Below are positions 58,520 to 64,000 of a DNA stretch of 64,000 bases, piece by piece. Numbering within the stretch: position 1 is the first letter of the stretch; every line of letters begins with the position of its first letter. The position numbers and the translations under genes are program-made. This DNA comes from Pseudomonadales bacterium (GTDB taxonomy: Bacteria > Pseudomonadota > Gammaproteobacteria > Pseudomonadales > JAUIET01), in the NCBI GenBank assembly GCA_045105115.1, contig JBGCDE010000207.1, positions 20,290 to 84,289 of the forward strand. Direction: 5' to 3'. The notes below the pieces were generated by a model, which did no database searches, was not told where the DNA came from, and saw nothing but the letters and a program-made list of their open reading frames with translations.

Positions 58520-59340
58520 AAACTGAGCTGCACAGACAAATACATACCATTCTGACCAGGAACACCTGCAATCGAGCCTAAATCAACATAGGCGCCTGTG
58601 ACCGAGAAACGCTTGCTAATAAAATAGGCTATCCAGAAATCCTGCCAATCATCTTCACCAAGCCCAAGATTGTCTGGCTTCTGACGATACTCCATACCGA
58701 TCGCCAGTTTTCGCGTAAGGAATACACCGGCCGCTAACTCAAGCTGCAGCTTATAGTCATTAGAGCTCTGACCACCGAATCCCAAGATGCCCGTTTGGTT
58801 AGCCTTGGTCAACCTGGCGGTAGCATTTAGCAAAGTCGTTCGATGAAACACGCCATCCAACCATACCTTTGTGGCGGCCAGGTACACGTCAGTGCCTGTA
58901 TCGTCTGCAGCCCCAACCGAAAATGCTACGTCTGAATCCTGCAAACGTTTATGCTGGATGCCAATCGACAATTGTGGCGCGCTGCTAAAAATTGCATCAC
59001 CAAACACTCGGTATTTAACTGAAAAAATATTTTGTACTATGTGCGTGTCGCTGGCCTTAATTTCAAAATCATGGTGAGCATACACCACTTCCAATCTATT
59101 GTTGAAACCAACAGAAACGCCGGCAACATTCACAGCATAGTCATCAACAGTTAAATTACTGTAGAACGCAGCGCCGCCTAATTCGTCGCGCGTCGCGTAC
59201 CCACTAATCAATGCCCAGGGTACAATGCCGCCACCGCCGGCGCCCTCAATCGTCGATACGCCAGCTGTACCAATCAATTTTCCGTCAGCTTGCGCGACGC
59301 TGCTCAGCGTCAGCAGAGCCAGACAAAGAATTCTCTTCAC
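58516..59340 (-). CDS. Exported Gly-rich beta-rich protein, DUF3034-like (family name from memory)
   Basis: Contains GTAGVSTIEGAGGGGIVPWALISGY. I prefer the GTG at 59340 (VKRILCLALLTLSSVAQA, a signal peptide, with an AGGAAG upstream). The track start at 59367 is also a GTG. Confidence 0.6.
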   Translation of the reverse strand: MKRILCLALLTLSSVAQADGKLIGTAGVSTIEGAGGGGIVPWALISGYATRDELGGAAFYSNLTVDDYAVNVAGVSVGFNNRLEVVYAHHDFEIKASDTHIVQNIFSVKYRVFGDAIFSSAPQLSIGIQHKRLQDSDVAFSVGAADDTGTDVYLAATKVWLDGVFHRTTLLNATARLTKANQTGILGFGGQSSNDYKLQLELAAGVFLTRKLAIGMEYRQKPDNLGLGEDDWQDFWIAYFISKRFSVTGAYVDLGSIAGVPGQNGMYLSVQLSL

Positions 59341-61666
59341 CCTTGGTTCTTCCTTGAACAAATGCACTTTTGAATTCGAAGCTTCCCATCCACAACAGGA
59401 AGTCTTCGTAGGGCAGCGGCTTACTAAAATAAAAACCTTGTAGTTTATCGCAGCCCCATTGTTCTAATAGAGCCTGAGCTTCTGCGTCTTCAACACCTTC
59501 AGCAACTACCTTTAACCCAATATTGTGGGCCATCGCAATCGTGGATTTCACAATCACCTGATCACTGCTGTCCGTGCTTAGCTTGCGCACGAAACACATA
59601 TCAATTTTTAACTCATCAACCGGCAATTGCTTCATTTGACCCAGCGAAGAATAGCCAGTGCCGTAATCGTCAATCGCTAAAGTGAATCCTTGTGATTTGA
59701 AGCGATTGAGCACGCTGAGCGCCTTATCCGGGTCTTCCATCATGGCCGACTCGGTCACTTCCAGAATCAGGCGCGAGCTTGAATACTCACTATTGCTTAG
59801 CAGTGTATCCAGAAACACTGGCAAATCGTCATGCATCAAGTCATAAGCTGACAGGTTGATAGCCACTGATACATCATGACCAACAGACTGCCAGGCGCTT
59901 GCATCACGAATACCTCGCGTCAAAATCCACCGCGACAATGCTGGCATAAGCCCAGATTGCTCCGCCAGACCAATGAATTCATCGGGCGGAATAAATCCTA
60001 ATTCTGGATGAATCCATCGCACCAATGCCTCCACTTCGGTGACACCACGCTTTGCCACATTGATTTTTGGTTGGTAATACAGTGTCAACTGATCGGCTTG
60101 CATGGCTTGCTTCAAGTCATTGATCAGTCGAATCTGCTTCAAATGTTTTTGATCTTCGCCCTGCTCGTAGTATTCCGACTGGTGGCGTAATTCCAGCGCT
60201 CTATTCAACGCCATGTCCGAGCGCCGCAGAAGCTCTTCTGCCAGAAGACCGTTCTCAGGCGATCGCGCAAAGCCCAGCGTTAACGGTACGTTGATTTCGA
60301 AACCGCTTACCTCAAAAGGCTCAGACCAGGCCTGATGCAGATTGTCTGCAACTTGTTCGAGGCTTTCTTTTTCAGACAAAACATACAACAGGATAAACTC
60401 ACTCGCTGTTGAGCGACCAATAACATGCGGTGCTGGAAACAATTGCTGCCAACGTGCAGCACAAGCGCATAGCAATTTGTCACCTACAGCAAAGCCTAAA
60501 GAATTATTGATCGACTTTATGCGTTGAACGCTAATGCTGACGATTGCTACTTCATTTGTATTGTCACAATTGATAAGTTGTTGCAGATCTATGGCAATTT
60601 TATCTCGCACAGGAAGCTTGGTAAGTGCATCGTGATGGGCTTGATAAACAATTTGCTTTTCACGGCTGGCAACCGCAGATTGCATCTGATTAAAGCTGTC
60701 AGCGAGCACAGTGATTTCGGATCCACCAGCACGCACCAATTCAATAGGTGCGGTGTAGTCGCCACTGGCTATGCGCTGTGCACCATGCACCAACTTACCA
60801 ATTGGCTTGGTTATACCGCGAAGCATAGGAATCATAACCATTAAACAGCCAATCAAAATAACCGCACTAATAAGAAGTATTTGTAGTTTTAGTTGGTTGA
60901 AGCGGGCACGCTCTTCAGCCAGCGACACACTCAGAATCACTTTCAGATCCAAGCCATTGCTAAGAACAGTGGGTAAATGTGAGTATTCAGATTCATCCAT
61001 CGTAGACAATGTTTGAAGTTGCCTTGAATGTACGTCCGGTAAGGTGGTGACCAATAAGCTGCGCTGATTCTTTTGCGCAAAACTGACATCCAGCAATGTC
61101 ATCTGCTTCAAATTTTGCGCAAACGCTTTATCTATTTCATAGGCAATCACCGCCCAAGCGACGGGTGCCGGCGCACGAACCTGCACCATGACTAACTGAT
61201 AAGCCTTGTCTTCGAGCGTTGTCGTGGTCTGCACACCCGTTGCCGCTGCATCATCGGCGAGCATTTTTTGAATCAGCTCAGTGTGCGCTTCTGACTTAAA
61301 AGAGGTCGTTGATGCCAGTAACTCACCGGATAGATCAAATAGCGAAATCAGGTCAGCGTTAATACGCGCACCATGGTTTTCCAACACCGATTCAATCGTT
61401 GCTTTGTCACGCAGCGCTACGGCTTGCTTGAAACCAAAATCTGCGGTTAGCACACGCGCAGACTCCAACAGCTGCTTGCCTTGGTTTTCCAGCATCGATT
61501 CCAGAACAGAGCTACCAACCTGCAAGCGCGCATTTGCCTCTCGCTCAATATTATTGTCGGTTGCCGTAATAACAGCAATCAAAGTCGCACTACTGGAAAC
61601 GATCAGTAAACTCAATACAAGCAGCAAGAGTCGGGTATACAACTTAGCTTTACCCGAAGCAAACAT
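59285..61666 (-). CDS. Inner-membrane c-di-GMP phosphodiesterase: TM, ~240-aa periplasmic domain, TM, HAMP, degenerate GGDEF, intact EAL
   Basis: The GGDEF position reads RSTASEF and is degenerate. The EAL signatures are intact: EVEALVRW, DDYGTGYSSL, ELKID, AEGVE and QGFYFSKPLP. The HAMP-like region is PIGKLVHGAQRIASGDY ... LADSFNQMQ. Confidence 0.85.
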   Translation of the reverse strand: MFASGKAKLYTRLLLLVLSLLIVSSSATLIAVITATDNNIEREANARLQVGSSVLESMLENQGKQLLESARVLTADFGFKQAVALRDKATIESVLENHGARINADLISLFDLSGELLASTTSFKSEAHTELIQKMLADDAAATGVQTTTTLEDKAYQLVMVQVRAPAPVAWAVIAYEIDKAFAQNLKQMTLLDVSFAQKNQRSLLVTTLPDVHSRQLQTLSTMDESEYSHLPTVLSNGLDLKVILSVSLAEERARFNQLKLQILLISAVILIGCLMVMIPMLRGITKPIGKLVHGAQRIASGDYTAPIELVRAGGSEITVLADSFNQMQSAVASREKQIVYQAHHDALTKLPVRDKIAIDLQQLINCDNTNEVAIVSISVQRIKSINNSLGFAVGDKLLCACAARWQQLFPAPHVIGRSTASEFILLYVLSEKESLEQVADNLHQAWSEPFEVSGFEINVPLTLGFARSPENGLLAEELLRRSDMALNRALELRHQSEYYEQGEDQKHLKQIRLINDLKQAMQADQLTLYYQPKINVAKRGVTEVEALVRWIHPELGFIPPDEFIGLAEQSGLMPALSRWILTRGIRDASAWQSVGHDVSVAINLSAYDLMHDDLPVFLDTLLSNSEYSSSRLILEVTESAMMEDPDKALSVLNRFKSQGFTLAIDDYGTGYSSLGQMKQLPVDELKIDMCFVRKLSTDSSDQVIVKSTIAMAHNIGLKVVAEGVEDAEAQALLEQWGCDKLQGFYFSKPLPYEDFLLWMGSFEFKSAFVQGRTKGEENSLSGSADAEQRRAS

Positions 61667-61668
61667 CT

Positions 61669-62301
61669 TTATTGATCTCCACCGGCTACATTGATAGTAA
61701 CTATATGACTAAGCTGTACGCCGTTACTTGTCATGGTATTGAATTCTTTAGCCGCCAATTGGTCCGGATGCCAGTAACGAAGCGTGGTTGGTGATGACGC
61801 TGTTGTGTCAAAGCTAACTGTGCCGCTCTCATTACTCACGCCCACATGTTCGTGCTCAGCGACGTAAATATATCCAATCATGCCGTCGTGTATGTTGCAG
61901 CCAAGAGTCACCAAGCCCGCCGTATCAAACTTCATCGGCGCGCCTGGAACGCCTTTGTAAAGCTTGATCTCAAAGGTCTTAGCTGGCGAAAAGGAATACA
62001 CATGGTGGCGCACATTATCGCTATTGGGTAAAGCCACCTGACGACCTTTGCGTATGGCCAGCACTCTGGGTGCAAAACGTCTGTGTTTTTGGTCCATGAT
62101 CGCGGGTTGTGCTGCAACAGTGCGCACAGGTTCAGTCAGCAGTTCTACGACCGCGTCAGATAAAGGTTTCCCATGCTGGTCTACCACCGTGAACTCAATG
62201 GCAAACATAAGTTGGCTGCTTGATAACAGCAACACTGCGATCAACTGGCGGATACCGATCAACATTTTCATTCCTTTGCGCGAACGCAAAACTCGCATCA
62301 T
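61669..62301 (-). CDS. Exported cupredoxin-like protein (family usually annotated 'methylamine utilization protein')
   Basis: 210 aa with a signal peptide. Candidate type-1 copper ligands are RHHVYSFS and LGCNIHDGM (Cys-x2-His-x2-Met). There is a 2-bp gap to the next gene. Confidence 0.55.
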   Translation of the reverse strand: MMRVLRSRKGMKMLIGIRQLIAVLLLSSSQLMFAIEFTVVDQHGKPLSDAVVELLTEPVRTVAAQPAIMDQKHRRFAPRVLAIRKGRQVALPNSDNVRHHVYSFSPAKTFEIKLYKGVPGAPMKFDTAGLVTLGCNIHDGMIGYIYVAEHEHVGVSNESGTVSFDTTASSPTTLRYWHPDQLAAKEFNTMTSNGVQLSHIVTINVAGGDQ

Positions 62302-62396
62302 TTAAGCCTAGCAATTGGGTGCAGATACACCGGACTATTTTGATCTGGAATCAGGGCATCAGCAGGCAAACCTAGCCGGCTATTATTTGATCGATT

Positions 62397-62705
62397 TTAG
62401 CGAGAGTGAGGCGGTATCGCCGAGAGCCTGGCAGTAAAATCGGCCAGCTCTTGCTGAGTATAAGGCGTGTGCACGCGGTTACACGAGGGTGGTTGATGGT
62501 CCAGGCTTACGCCGGAGCGATGTGCATTTTTCGGTCGGATTGGTCGCGGGGCAAAGCCACCGCCACAATTTGGGCACACGTTGTTCAGGACCTGAGCAAC
62601 ACAATCTGCACAGAACGTGCACTCATAAGTACAGATACGCGCTTGGTCGCTATCAGGCGGAAGGTCCCTGTCACAGGCCTCGCAATTTGGACGTATTTCC
62701 AACAC
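62397..62705 (-). CDS. DUF1272 zinc-ribbon-like protein
   Basis: 102 aa. MLEIRPNCEACDRDLPPDSDQARICTYECTFCADCV ... CPNCGG is the typical DUF1272 pattern. It has a GTG start and no purine-rich SD upstream. Confidence 0.65.
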   Translation of the reverse strand: MLEIRPNCEACDRDLPPDSDQARICTYECTFCADCVAQVLNNVCPNCGGGFAPRPIRPKNAHRSGVSLDHQPPSCNRVHTPYTQQELADFTARLSAIPPHSR

Positions 62706-62723
62706 AGAGGAGAACAGGATTGT

Positions 62724-62746
62724 CCGAATGCGAACTGCGCATCCGG
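62724..62746 (-). terminator. Candidate hairpin downstream of the cold-shock gene
   Basis: On the minus RNA, CCGGAUGCG-CAGUU-CGCAUUCGG forms a 9-bp stem including one G-U pair. It starts 25 nt after the csp stop. The trailing sequence is only moderately U-rich. Confidence 0.35.
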
Positions 62747-62770
62747 ACCTGTGGGGCTAGAAGAGCCTGC

Positions 62771-62977
62771 TTAGCAGGGTACTACGTTGTTAGCGCATGG
62801 CCCTTTCTGGCCTTGACCAACTTCATATTCAACTTCTTGGCCGTCATCCAGAGTAGCGTAGTTGCTGCCGCTCTTGATTTCGGAATGGTGAACAAACAAA
62901 TCTTTGCCACCGTCTTCAGGCTTAATGAATCCGTATCCTTTGTCGGCATTAAACCACTTAACTGTACCTTTACTCAT
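62771..62977 (-). CDS. Cold-shock protein (CspA family)
   Basis: [34 protein letters not shown] carries the RNP1 and RNP2 motifs. I prefer the ATG at 62977, which has an AAGAGAG just upstream. The track ORF extends to 62995. Confidence 0.9.
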   Translation of the reverse strand: MSKGTVKWFNADKGYGFIKPEDGGKDLFVHHSEIKSGSNYATLDDGQEVEYEVGQGQKGPCANNVVPC

Positions 62978-63004
62978 ATTACTCTCTTTACTCAACTATT
63001 TATC

Positions 63005-63051
63005 GCAGACGTCTGCCGCGCCATTATAACTATTAATAGATTGCAGGCTAA
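63005..63051 (-). promoter_or_regulatory. Candidate csp promoter (-35 TTAGCC 63051-63046, 17-nt spacer, -10 TATAAT 63028-63023) with the 12-bp palindrome GCAGACGTCTGC at 63005-63016
   Basis: Read directly from the reverse complement. The -10 element is a perfect consensus match, the -35 is weak (3 of 6), and the palindrome is perfect. Confidence 0.3.
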
Positions 63052-63219
63052 TGTAATTGCCATTTTTCTGCCCATAAATGTACGATATTTAGGCAATTTT
63101 TAATTATTTGACCATTTTCGCAACATTTTCGTGCTAGGCAGACTAAAAAGACAAGCCTGCAGTCGGCAAGTACAATAGGCGTTTTCCCTACTAATAAGCC
63201 AATAATCCCAAGGAGCACA

Positions 63220-64000
63220 ATGATTCTCAAGAAGTGTTTACATGATCTCTACGTCATGGTCATGAAGACTATGGTGCTTTTTATGCCATCGGCAAGCTAT
63301 TCAGTGTTTGCGGGCGAAGGCAGCGCCAGCCAATTGTGTCGCCATATCGTCAGAAACGGCTATAAAAGAACACTGATTGTCACAGACAAGCCCTTGGTAG
63401 AGCTGGGAATCGTCGCCAAGGCATCGTCTGAGCTAAAAGACGCGGTGGTCTTTTCAGATGTTGAACCTGATCCCAGCTATCAGGTGGTTACAGCGGGCGC
63501 CGCAGTCTACAAGGAACATAGCTGCGACAGTATTTTGGCGATTGGTGGCGGATCGTCCATCGATGCGGCCAAGGGCATTGGCATTCAGGTGTCGTGCTCT
63601 GGCCAGGCCAAAGATTATGTCGGCTTCAATAAAGTCAAAGACGACATACCCGCTCTTTACGCCATACCTACCACCTCCGGAACAGGGTCTGAAACAACAT
63701 CTGGCGCCGTACTTAGCGACACAGAGACTCATGAGAAAGGCGTAATTTCGGGCAAGCAGTTGCTGCCGCTGGCGGCGTGCCTGGACCCAACATTATTGAC
63801 CGGCCTGCCCCCGCACATAACGGCAGCCACCGGCATGGACGCACTCACACATGCAATTGAGGCCTATATTGGCGTTTGGGATCGCGGCGACTGTATGCAA
63901 CGCGCTGCCTCTGCCGTTGAGCAAATATTTGTTTATTTACCACGCGCGGTGAGCAACGGCCATGACCTTGAGGCCCGCGACGCAATGGCACACGCTTCCT
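63220..64000 (+). CDS. Iron-containing (group III) alcohol dehydrogenase, 5' part; continues beyond the right window edge
   Basis: Absent from the ORF track because it has no stop codon in the window. Manual translation from the ATG at 63220 (AGGAG at 63211-63215) gives MILKKCLHDLYVMVMKTMVLFMPSASYSVFAGEGSA ... ILAIGGGSSIDAAKGI ... PTTSGTGSETT ... ATGMDALTHAIEAY. The frame stays open to 64000. The true start could be one of the downstream Met codons. Confidence 0.8.
   Translation, partial: MILKKCLHDLYVMVMKTMVLFMPSASYSVFAGEGSASQLCRHIVRNGYKRTLIVTDKPLVELGIVAKASSELKDAVVFSDVEPDPSYQVVTAGAAVYKEHSCDSILAIGGGSSIDAAKGIGIQVSCSGQAKDYVGFNKVKDDIPALYAIPTTSGTGSETTSGAVLSDTETHEKGVISGKQLLPLAACLDPTLLTGLPPHITAATGMDALTHAIEAYIGVWDRGDCMQRAASAVEQIFVYLPRAVSNGHDLEARDAMAHAS

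Noticed and set aside
59285-61666. The idea that the GGDEF-EAL membrane protein is a LapD-type receptor controlling release of the giant RTX adhesin.
   Set aside because: The two genes are 45 kb apart, and no LapG-like periplasmic cysteine protease gene is present. The EAL domain looks catalytically intact rather than degenerate as in LapD, and I found no LapG-type TAAG-like cleavage motif in the RTX N-terminus. The idea cannot be excluded without HMM comparison of the periplasmic domain.
62406-63103. Plus-strand ORFs of 122 and 204 aa spanning the DUF1272 and cold-shock genes.
   Set aside because: They are antisense to two small genes with very strong family signatures (DUF1272 zinc ribbon, CspA RNP motifs). 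The long ORF crosses an intergenic hairpin and a promoter region.

Overview
This is a densely coding chromosomal window with about 35 protein genes. I recognised no rRNA or tRNA genes, no CRISPR array, and no transposase, integrase or known defence genes. The gene content suggests an aquatic or marine gammaproteobacterium: a PQQ quinohemoprotein alcohol dehydrogenase, a long-form PurC, PutA, a short-Q-loop cytochrome bd, a TSP3-repeat OmpA protein and a giant RTX protein. That attribution is inference only.

Two genes are missing from the supplied ORF track because they run off the window edges:
- Positions 1-14219 (minus strand) are one uninterrupted ORF. It encodes the N-terminal 4739 codons of a giant RTX-repeat adhesin-like protein, and a two-domain glycosyltransferase lies directly upstream.
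- Positions 63220 to the right edge (plus strand) hold an iron-type alcohol dehydrogenase.

The rest of the window, in order:
- a CMD-CMD-selU-selD selenium operon
- cytochrome bd subunits I and II
- PQQ-ADH followed by putA
- purC
- a 1543-aa thrombospondin-type-3-repeat / OmpA protein
- an ATP-grasp, sulfotransferase and FAD-dehydrogenase cluster
- a LysM/DUF3300 protein divergent from an S1 protease and FHA membrane protein pair
- a run of exported hydrolases
- an RND efflux set
- tag
- a lipoprotein esterase with a long Pro-Glu linker
- a four-gene envelope c-di-GMP operon
- DUF1272 and a cold-shock protein

The best follow-up candidates are:
1. 58088-62301, an operon encoding a cupredoxin-like protein, a periplasm-sensing EAL phosphodiesterase, a DUF3034-like protein and an exported truncated haemoglobin.
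2. 16786-21106, an AhpD-fold pair ahead of selU and an oxidoreductase-SelD fusion.
3. 31780-31870, an internal Gly4 plus hydrophobic helix inside the TSP3/OmpA protein.
4. The glycosyltransferase and giant RTX gene pair.

All family calls come from motif recognition by eye. No database search or computation was run.
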